From Nitrososphaerota archaeon (GTDB lineage: Archaea; Thermoproteota; Nitrososphaeria; PSMU01): a stretch of 64,000 nt of DNA. The notes under the pieces are model-generated. The model saw only the letters and a program-made list of their open reading frames with translations. It ran no database searches and was not told where the DNA came from. The translations under genes were made by a program, and so were the position numbers. Positions 57,644 to 64,000 of the stretch are shown here, piece by piece; position 1 is the stretch's first letter, and every line of letters begins with the position of its first letter. Location of the stretch: the NCBI GenBank assembly GCA_040290255.1, contig PSMU01000001.1, forward strand, positions 160,001-224,000, in the 5' to 3' direction.

Positions 57644-59290
57644 CTACGCCTCGAGCTTGTAGCGGGCCAGCGCGAACCTATATATCCGCTTCCATGCCAG
57701 CCTATTCAGCGCCAGCACGGTGAGCACCATGGCCCCAAGGCCGGCGAGCAGCAGGCCGTTGTTGCCCATCTCCAGCGCGGCCGTGCTCAGGAGCGAGCCT
57801 ATGCCCGGCAGGCTCACGACGCCCCTGCCCGTGACGATGTACTCCGATACGATCAGCGTGTTCCATCCTCCTCCCCACGCCGTTATGCTGCCCGTGACCA
57901 GCGAGGGCAGCGAGGCGGGGAGGATGAGCCTGGTCCAGAGCCTGAGCCCCCTGAGCCCATAGACGCTGGAGGCCTCGCGCAGCTCGTTGGGTATGGAGCT
58001 GATGCCGCCCAGCAGGTTGAACAGGATGTACCACTGCATGCCCGTCATCGTCAGCAGCACGGAGACGAGCCAGTAGCCGCCGGGCAGGTAGGGCGCGACC
58101 AGCGTGAACAGCGGAAAGAAGGCCGTGGCGGGGATCGAGGCCAGGACCTCCGCCGTCACGCTGAGCGCGTAGAGTCCCCCGCTGCCCCTTTGGCTCAGCC
58201 AGGCCACGAGCGGGAAGGACCAGGCCAGGCTGAGCGCAAAGGCCGCCGCGAGCCGGGCGAGCGAGTAGAGGATGTAGAGCGGCATCTGGCGCAGCAGGGC
58301 CGAGGCCCTAGGGTCCGCCAGCTGGGCCGCCAGCAGCGAGAGCTGAAGCTTCAGTTGCAGGAGGAGCTGCGGGGCCAGGGCTATGACGAGCGCGGGGAGG
58401 GTTACCGTGGCCCCCAGCGCCAGCGCCCTGAGCAGCCTTACTTGGGGCTGGAGGCGCCCCCAGGAGGGCCTGATCGCCCTCCTGAGCAGCGCCGCGCGCG
58501 GCGGCCCATGCCTCCAGGAGAGGGAGGAGAGGACCCTGAGCCTTGCATGCCTCCTCAGCCAGGCGAAGGCCGAGATGTGGAAGAGGTAATAGCCCGAGGC
58601 CCTTTCGTGGGCCACGGCCTCCTGCACGAACCTTTCCGCATACGCGCGGAGCGGCAGCCAGAAGAGCAGCTCCACGAGGGCCAAGATGAGGAGCAGGGCG
58701 GCGAGCCCCAGCAGGTACCCGCCGAAGTCGCCCGCGAAGGTGGCCTGGGCCAGGTAGCTGCCCAGGCCGGGCAGCCTATAGCTGGTGGAACCGAGCGTGA
58801 TGTATTCGGCGGCGATGAGGAAGAACCATCCGCCGGCCCATGACATAGTGCCGTTGTAGACGAGTTTGGGCACGGCGGCGGGGATGAAGAGCCGGCGCAG
58901 CTTCTGCAGGAGGGAGAGGCGGTAGACCTTTGCGGCATCCTCGAGCTCGGAGGGCAGTGCGCTGACGCCCTCATATACGGCGAAGGCCAGGTTCCAGGCC
59001 ATGGAGGTGAAGATCAGGAAGATGGCCGCCAGCTCGAGCGCCAGGCGCGCGCCCTGAAAGGCGCTGATGAGGAAGAGGATGGCCACGGGAAAGAAGCCCA
59101 GGATGGGCACCGACTGGAGCACGTCCAAGATGGGCAGCAGCACCCTCTCGGCCGCCTTGCTCCTCGCCGCGAGGACGCCGTAGGGGATGGCGAAGGCATA
59201 CGAAAGCGCCAGGCCCGCGAACATCCTGAACAGCGAAAGGGCGGCATAGGCCAGCACGGCGCCCAGCGCCTCCAGCAACTCTAGGGACAA
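57644..59290 (-). CDS. ABC transporter permease with two fused TM domains
   Basis: LDVLQSVPILGF, SWAGGWFF...E, ASIPA...FP, TAWGGGWN..IVSE. Confidence 0.9.
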   Translation of the reverse strand: MSLELLEALGAVLAYAALSLFRMFAGLALSYAFAIPYGVLAARSKAAERVLLPILDVLQSVPILGFFPVAILFLISAFQGARLALELAAIFLIFTSMAWNLAFAVYEGVSALPSELEDAAKVYRLSLLQKLRRLFIPAAVPKLVYNGTMSWAGGWFFLIAAEYITLGSTSYRLPGLGSYLAQATFAGDFGGYLLGLAALLLILALVELLFWLPLRAYAERFVQEAVAHERASGYYLFHISAFAWLRRHARLRVLSSLSWRHGPPRAALLRRAIRPSWGRLQPQVRLLRALALGATVTLPALVIALAPQLLLQLKLQLSLLAAQLADPRASALLRQMPLYILYSLARLAAAFALSLAWSFPLVAWLSQRGSGGLYALSVTAEVLASIPATAFFPLFTLVAPYLPGGYWLVSVLLTMTGMQWYILFNLLGGISSIPNELREASSVYGLRGLRLWTRLILPASLPSLVTGSITAWGGGWNTLIVSEYIVTGRGVVSLPGIGSLLSTAALEMGNNGLLLAGLGAMVLTVLALNRLAWKRIYRFALARYKLEA

Positions 59291-59346
59291 GCCGCTCGCT
59301 GCCCGCGGTTTGCGCCGGGCTTTATACGCCTACCGCGCCCGTGAGG

Positions 59347-59871
59347 CTAGGCGCGGGGCCTCAGCTTTAACTCCTTCTCGATCTCGGCGATCCTGGCGCC
59401 CAGCGCCCTTACCATCTCGCTGTTGTCGACCTGCTGCAGCACGTTGCCGCAGGTGGGGCAGGTGTAGAAGGAGTCGATCGCCTCCTCCTCCTCGAGCACG
59501 GGGTGGCCCTTGGCGCCGCAGTGGTAAAACCTATGCTCGCTCTCATACCTGAGCCTCTCCCTCAGCCTCATCAGGATCTTATGCTTCTGGCCCTCGATAT
59601 AGCTCTCGACCTGATCCCTGTCGGCCTTCCACCTATAGATCGTCCACCCCTTCTTGGGGTCCTTGGTCCTGATGCCCTTTATCAGCGTGCGGCCGTGCAG
59701 GTCGTAAAGGATCCTCCTGACCGCGTTGATCTTAAGGCCCGTAGAGCTGGCGACCTCCTCGTCCGTGACGCCCTCCGTGGAGAGCAGCGCGCGGGCCACC
59801 TTCACATACTCATCGCCCCCCAGGATGCTGCAGAGCTTCACGAAGCTGTCCTCGAACTCTACCTTCGACAA
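59347..59871 (-). CDS. tfe: Transcription factor E (TFE alpha)
   Basis: TDEE.A..TG...N.VR..LY.L, KGW..Y.W, RL.YE, F.CP.CG Zn ribbon. Confidence 0.9.
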   Translation of the reverse strand: MSKVEFEDSFVKLCSILGGDEYVKVARALLSTEGVTDEEVASSTGLKINAVRRILYDLHGRTLIKGIRTKDPKKGWTIYRWKADRDQVESYIEGQKHKILMRLRERLRYESEHRFYHCGAKGHPVLEEEEAIDSFYTCPTCGNVLQQVDNSEMVRALGARIAEIEKELKLRPRA

Positions 59872-59896
59872 GGCCGTTTACTCGCCTCCTGTTCGT

Positions 59897-60328
59897 TTAA
59901 GCTTTGCGCTTCTCCTTGAGCAGGCCCTCGAGATAGGAGCCGTAGCCCCGCGCGTCGAGCAGCTGGGTTAGCTCGGCCTCAAAGCCCTCCCGCAGCTCCA
60001 GGGCCGCGATCCACCCCTGCTCATAGGGCGAGGCGTTGATGAGCTCGGGCCTGCTCGTGAGGGCCTGGTTCACCTCGAGCACGATGCCCGAGAGCGGGGC
60101 ATAGACCTCCCCCACGGCCTTCACGGACTCCAGCGTGGCGACCACATCGCCCTGCTTCACCCTGTCGCCGGGCCTGGGCAGCGAGACATAGACGATGTCC
60201 GTGAGCTCCTTCGCGGCGTAGTCCGTGATGCCCAGGTACGCCCTGCGCCCCTCCACCCTCGTCCACTCATGTTGCTTTGTGTAGAGAAGGCCCTCCCTTA
60301 TTCTGTAGCCCTTCACGAGGCGCTCCAA
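59897..60328 (-). CDS. gcvH: Glycine cleavage system H protein
   Basis: YTK.HEW, GITDYA, ESVKA (lipoyl Lys), N.SPY..GW. Confidence 0.93.
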   Translation of the reverse strand: MERLVKGYRIREGLLYTKQHEWTRVEGRRAYLGITDYAAKELTDIVYVSLPRPGDRVKQGDVVATLESVKAVGEVYAPLSGIVLEVNQALTSRPELINASPYEQGWIAALELREGFEAELTQLLDARGYGSYLEGLLKEKRKA

Positions 60329-61449
60329 GCCTGCCCTCTCTCCCGGGCTCCCCTCCTATAGCCATAAAGGCTTTGGTCGTAGAAGGGAGGCCTCCTTATG
60401 AGCGCCCTCCTGCTCCTGCCCTCGGCCACCACGAGGAGCTCGAGGTTCTCCTGGGCCAGCTCGGGCGCCACGTAGCCCAGCGCGATGCCCCTCCTGAGGA
60501 TGGGCGAGTAGCCGCCGCTGGTGATGCGGCCCACGATGGCGGAGTCCCGGGCCAGCTGCTGCCCCGCCCTGGGCACGCCGGGCTCGAGCAGCAGCAGGCC
60601 CACCCTCTTCTCCCTGATCTTGGCCGAGGAAAGGGCAGCCCTTCCCACGAACTCCCCCTTCTCCAGGTTCACGAGCCGCTCCAGGCCCGCCTCCAGCGGG
60701 TTTGTATCCTCGTTTATGTCCTGGCCATAAAGGCAATAGCCCGCCTCGAGGCGAAGGCTGTCCCTGGCCCCGAGGCCGCAGGGCCTGGCGCCCAGCTCCA
60801 GCAGCCTCTGCCAGAGCGCGAGCGCCGGGTCGGGCCTATGGAGCATCACGTCTAGGAGCACCACCTCAAAGCCGTCCTCGCCCGTATAGCCCGTCCTGGA
60901 GATGATGGCGACCTGCCCCTCGAAGCGGGCCTGAAGCAGGCCGAACCTCCTGAGGCCTGGGGCGGAGGGGAAGAGCTGGGCCAGGAGCCCCGCCGCCAGG
61001 GGCCCCTGCAGCGCCACCATGGCGCTGGCCTCGGTTATATCGGCCACGCTCACGCGCGCGGCGCCTCGGCGGGCCCTCAGCCAGCTCGCATCCTTCTCCC
61101 TGTTCACCGCGTTGCCCACCAGCAGGTAGCGCTCCTCCTCCAGCCTCATGATGATGACGTCATCCAGGATGCCCGCCGCCTCGTTGAGCAGGAGGGTATA
61201 TGCCGCCCTCCCCGGCTGCAGGCTAGAGAGGTCGCTCGGCACGAGCCCATCGAGGAAGCTGGCCGCATCGGGGCCCTCGATCAGGAAGCGGGCCATATGG
61301 GAGACGTCGAAGAGCCCGCAGCGCTCCCTCACCGCCATATGCTCCGCGAGGATGGACTCGTAGTAGAGCGGCATCAGGTAGCCGGCGAACTCCGTGAGCT
61401 TGGCGTGCGCGGCATGATAGCTGTACAGGGGCGTGAGCCTTAAGGGCAC
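60313..61449 (-). CDS. gcvT: Glycine cleavage system aminomethyltransferase T
   Basis: TPL, FAG..MP..Y, FDVSHM, RTGYTGEDGFE, GLGARD.LRLEAG. Confidence 0.93.
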   Translation of the reverse strand: MPLRLTPLYSYHAAHAKLTEFAGYLMPLYYESILAEHMAVRERCGLFDVSHMARFLIEGPDAASFLDGLVPSDLSSLQPGRAAYTLLLNEAAGILDDVIIMRLEEERYLLVGNAVNREKDASWLRARRGAARVSVADITEASAMVALQGPLAAGLLAQLFPSAPGLRRFGLLQARFEGQVAIISRTGYTGEDGFEVVLLDVMLHRPDPALALWQRLLELGARPCGLGARDSLRLEAGYCLYGQDINEDTNPLEAGLERLVNLEKGEFVGRAALSSAKIREKRVGLLLLEPGVPRAGQQLARDSAIVGRITSGGYSPILRRGIALGYVAPELAQENLELLVVAEGRSRRALIRRPPFYDQSLYGYRRGARERGQAWSAS

Positions 61450-61494
61450 GCCCTGGCCTCGCGCTCGGCCGTTTAAACGCTTGGGCAGGTTTAA

Positions 61495-62409
61495 ATGCCG
61501 GCCCTTCGGCCGCTGGCCATTGTCCTACTCCGGGCAATGGCGCTAAAGGGGGAGGCTTCAGGACGCGCCCTGCTCGAGGCGCCGCGGGACGCGCTGCGCG
61601 ACGGGGATATCCTGGTCGTATCGAGCAAGTATGTGGCCAAGCTGCAGGGGAGGGTGCTGAGGTATACCGGGGTGAGGCCCAGGGCGAGGGCGAGGAGGCT
61701 GGCGAGGGCCTTTGGCCTGCAGCCAAAGGAGGCCGAGGTCATCCTGAGGGAGGCGGAGGAGGTCTACGGGGGGATTCGCGGCGTGCTGCTCACCGCCAAG
61801 CTGGGCACGCTGGCCCCCAACGCGGGCATCGACCACTCGAACGTCAGAAGGGGCCTGGTCGTGCTACAGCCCCTTCGACCTTGGGAGGAGGCGCGCAAGC
61901 TGTGGGACAGGTTCTTCCTGTACCGCAACGCGAGGCTCGGGATCATCATAGCGGACAGCCGGCTGACGCCTCTGAGGCGAGGCACCACGGGCGTGGCGCT
62001 GGCCAGCTGTGGCGTGCCGGGCGTGCTGGATGAGAGGGGCAGGGAGGACCTTTATGGCAGGAGGCTTCGCGTCACCTTCAGGGCGCTGGCGGATGCGCTG
62101 GCCTCGGCGGCGGAGGCGCTGATGGGCGAGGCGGGCGAGGCCACGCCCCTGGTGCTGATCAGGGGCTATAGGGCCAGGGGAAGGGATGCCGGCGCGCTCA
62201 GCGTGAGCCCGCGCATCTGCCTCTTTATGAGGGGCCTAAAAGGAGGGGCTGAGCTCCAGCTTGAACCTGTCGAGGGAGAGCAGCCGGCCGCAGCTCCTGC
62301 AGCGGTTGGAGTAGATCTTCAGCGCATCCCTGGGCGACCTGAGCTCGGAGCCCGAGTAGATGACCGCCCCGCAGGCGCCGCACCTGATCTCGAAGACCAC
62401 CCCTCCTAG
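61495..62409 (+). CDS. cofE: Coenzyme F420-0:L-glutamate ligase (homology appears to end near 62240)
   Basis: GD.LVVSSK, NAGID.SN, I.DS...PLR.G..GVA, D.RG..DL.GR.L.VT, D.LA..A...MGE..E.TP. Confidence 0.87.
   Translation: MPALRPLAIVLLRAMALKGEASGRALLEAPRDALRDGDILVVSSKYVAKLQGRVLRYTGVRPRARARRLARAFGLQPKEAEVILREAEEVYGGIRGVLLTAKLGTLAPNAGIDHSNVRRGLVVLQPLRPWEEARKLWDRFFLYRNARLGIIIADSRLTPLRRGTTGVALASCGVPGVLDERGREDLYGRRLRVTFRALADALASAAEALMGEAGEATPLVLIRGYRARGRDAGALSVSPRICLFMRGLKGGAELQLEPVEGEQPAAAPAAVGVDLQRIPGRPELGARVDDRPAGAAPDLEDHPS
62236..62400 (-). CDS. 54-aa zinc-ribbon protein
   Basis: MVFEIRCGACG...NRCRSCG...F*; GGAGG upstream of GTG and a TATA-like element about 25-35 nt upstream; below the ORF-track length cutoff. 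Confidence 0.72.
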   Translation of the reverse strand: MVFEIRCGACGAVIYSGSELRSPRDALKIYSNRCRSCGRLLSLDRFKLELSPSF

Positions 62410-62462
62410 GCCGCGAGGGGGGCCTATAAACTTAAAGCCTGGGGCCTGCGACCCGCGCCAGC

Positions 62463-62852
62463 TTGGGGGCCCGGGCCTTTCTCTCCCGCTTCATGGAGAG
62501 GCTGAGGAGCAGGCCTAGGGGACATGGCGCCGCGGCCCTACTCCCGCTGCTGCTCTATCTGGCGGCGCTGGCCCTCTTCAGCGCGGGGCTGCTCAACGTC
62601 CTGCTCGAGGGAGCGACGCTGCCGAGGGATGTGATCATCTACGGCGGGCGAGAGCGGCAGACCATCTACGAGCTCTTCATGCTCATGGGCGTCTACATAG
62701 TAGGCGCCACGGGCCTCTACGCCTGGGTGCTCGCGGGGAGAAGGGGGATGCAGGAGAGGATCGCGAGGATGTACTTTATGGTCGGCCTGCTGGGCCTCCT
62801 GCTGGCCTTCGCGATGGGCTACTATATCCTGGTGCGCAAGGGCTACTTCTAG
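62463..62852 (+). CDS. Three-TM membrane protein resembling OSTC/DC2 (OST3/OST6 family)
   Basis: G....L.E, Q.I.E, G..GL and C-terminal K(xx)GY pattern in a 3-TM topology. Confidence 0.55.
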   Translation: MGARAFLSRFMERLRSRPRGHGAAALLPLLLYLAALALFSAGLLNVLLEGATLPRDVIIYGGRERQTIYELFMLMGVYIVGATGLYAWVLAGRRGMQERIARMYFMVGLLGLLLAFAMGYYILVRKGYF

Positions 62853-62854
62853 GC

Positions 62855-63346
62855 CTAGAGCTCTATGACGTGCACGCCCAGCCTCTTGAGGGCCAGCTGA
62901 TTTATCAGCCACCTGCCGTAGGCGCCCAGCTCGTATTCGCAGAGCAGCACGGGCGCCTTCAGCTGCAGGGCCAGCTCGGAGAGGAGCACGAGGTAGAAGA
63001 GCGTGAAGAGCGGCACCTCCCTGAGCATGAGGCCCCTGGCCATCGAGAGCACGGGGGCGCGCAGGCTGTCGGAGATGACGCAGGAGGGCGTCGAGAAGAG
63101 GGGGGGCAGCGGGGGGAGGCCCAGCTGCGCGCAGAAGGCCAGGCCATCCACCGCCCTCACCCTGCGCGTGAGGGGTGCGGCGAGCCGGCGCAGCACGTGA
63201 GGCCAAGAGCCGCAGAAGTCGTAGTAGAGCGCCCATCCGCCCTGGGCATAGCGCTTCAGCGAGGCCGCGAGGAAGTCCAAGGCATCGGCCGGGTCGCCGT
63301 AGATGGCCAGGTTCACGCTGTCGCCGCGGAGCTCGGGCGCGGCCAA
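62855..63346 (-). CDS. Hypothetical protein, possibly a degenerate RecA/RadB-fold
   Basis: AIYGDP (no GKT), YYD, VISDSL (Walker B-like), PVLL. Confidence 0.5.
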   Translation of the reverse strand: MAAPELRGDSVNLAIYGDPADALDFLAASLKRYAQGGWALYYDFCGSWPHVLRRLAAPLTRRVRAVDGLAFCAQLGLPPLPPLFSTPSCVISDSLRAPVLSMARGLMLREVPLFTLFYLVLLSELALQLKAPVLLCEYELGAYGRWLINQLALKRLGVHVIEL

Positions 63347-63368
63347 GCCCTAGCCCCTGGCCCACTTG

Positions 63369-63429
63369 GGGTGGTCGGACTTCTTGTTCTCTTCACAAAT
63401 CGGTGAGACAGGTCCTCCGCATCCCACCC
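63369..63429 (-). ncRNA. Box C/D methylation guide sRNA
   Basis: GGGUGG terminal stem, C box AUGCGGA, 12-nt guide, D' CCGA, C' GUGAAGA, 11-nt guide, D CCGA, CCACCC; TTATAA 24 nt upstream. Confidence 0.8.
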
Positions 63430-63470
63430 TGATGAAGAAGGGACGCCCGGGGTTATAAGAGTTTGCGCGC

Positions 63471-63671
63471 CTAGGGCAGCAGCCGCCCCGCCACCCTCCT
63501 GGCGCGCCGCTCGAAGGCGGCCTCCTCGACCAGCTCCTGGGCGGCATACTCATGCATGTGGCCCATGGGGCAGGCCAGCACGTATCTTTCCTGGCCCTTA
63601 ACCATGCCCTGCTCGGGGAGCCCGCTGTTGAAGTAGAGCCCGCAGCTCCTGCAGCGCACATATAGGGCCAT
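63471..63671 (-). CDS. Small zinc-finger-like protein
   Basis: CRSC...CPMGH.H; TATA-like element about 25 nt upstream. Confidence 0.6.
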   Translation of the reverse strand: MALYVRCRSCGLYFNSGLPEQGMVKGQERYVLACPMGHMHEYAAQELVEEAAFERRARRVAGRLLP

Positions 63672-63756
63672 GGGCGCCCGGGGCGCCGGTCGCTTATATG
63701 GTTGGTCTTAACCGGGTTATAGCAATCGTTAAATCGGCTGCGCCTTTCGCTTTCCC

Positions 63757-64000
63757 GTGAAGGTCCCCGTCGCGCTCACCATCGCGGGCTCGGACTCAGG
63801 GGGAGGGGCAGGGATCCAGGCGGACCTTAAGACCTTCGCCGCCCTAGGCGTGCACGGCGCCTGCGCGATCACGGCCATAACCGCCCAAAACACGCGGGAG
63901 GTGACGGGGGTTGCGCGCGTGGAGATCCCCCTGCTGAGGGCGCAGATCAGGGCCGTGGCCGAGGACCTGGGCGTGGATGCGGCCAAGACGGGCATGCTCT
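63757..64000 (+). CDS. thiD: Hydroxymethylpyrimidine/phosphomethylpyrimidine kinase, partial
   Basis: [22 protein letters not shown]...ITAITAQNT...KTGML; runs off the window end. Confidence 0.93.
   Translation, partial: MKVPVALTIAGSDSGGGAGIQADLKTFAALGVHGACAITAITAQNTREVTGVARVEIPLLRAQIRAVAEDLGVDAAKTGML

Noticed and set aside
28318-58843. Long antisense ORFs (e.g. 28318-29262, 39666-41003, 46048-47550, 57602-58843)
   Set aside because: Expected shadow frames of GC-rich genes; no motifs, and each lies opposite a well-supported CDS
1-64000. CRISPR arrays, cas genes, rRNA, transposases, defence or toxin-antitoxin systems
   Set aside because: No spaced direct repeats or diagnostic motifs seen; the HD protein and helicase are far apart and lack Cas3 context

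Overview
GC-rich archaeal chromosome segment. The archaeal markers are TFE, a GPN-loop GTPase, the tetraether synthase Tes, a PAC2 chaperone, CofE, BHB-type tRNA introns, a box C/D RNA, and TATA boxes about 25 nt before start codons. Gene content suggests a heterotrophic TACK / basal Nitrososphaeria-like thermophile (inference). It is mostly housekeeping and catabolic genes: a methylcitrate-cycle operon that includes meaB and is divergent from a B12 acyl-CoA mutase with isobutyryl-CoA-mutase signature residues; a family-B DNA polymerase whose proofreading motifs are all degenerate, near an SNM1-like beta-CASP nuclease and an Hrq1/MrfA-like helicase; a PadR/ABC-2 exporter; proteases; a decayed stretch of pseudogenes (about 30-35 kb); an oxoprolinase/peptidase cluster; pstSCAB-phoU; gcvTH; cofE; and thiD. 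Elements the ORF track misses: an initiator tRNA-Met with two non-canonical introns in the T arm, a box C/D guide RNA complementary to 23S rRNA helix 93, a 54-aa Zn-ribbon gene nested antisense in the cofE ORF tail, and the partial cinA-like and thiD genes at the edges. Other notable candidates are a half-size deoxyhypusine-hydroxylase-like HEAT protein, an OSTC/DC2-like membrane protein and a stand-alone MIT protein. I saw no CRISPR array, rRNA, transposase or integrase. All family assignments come from motif recognition by eye; no searches were run.
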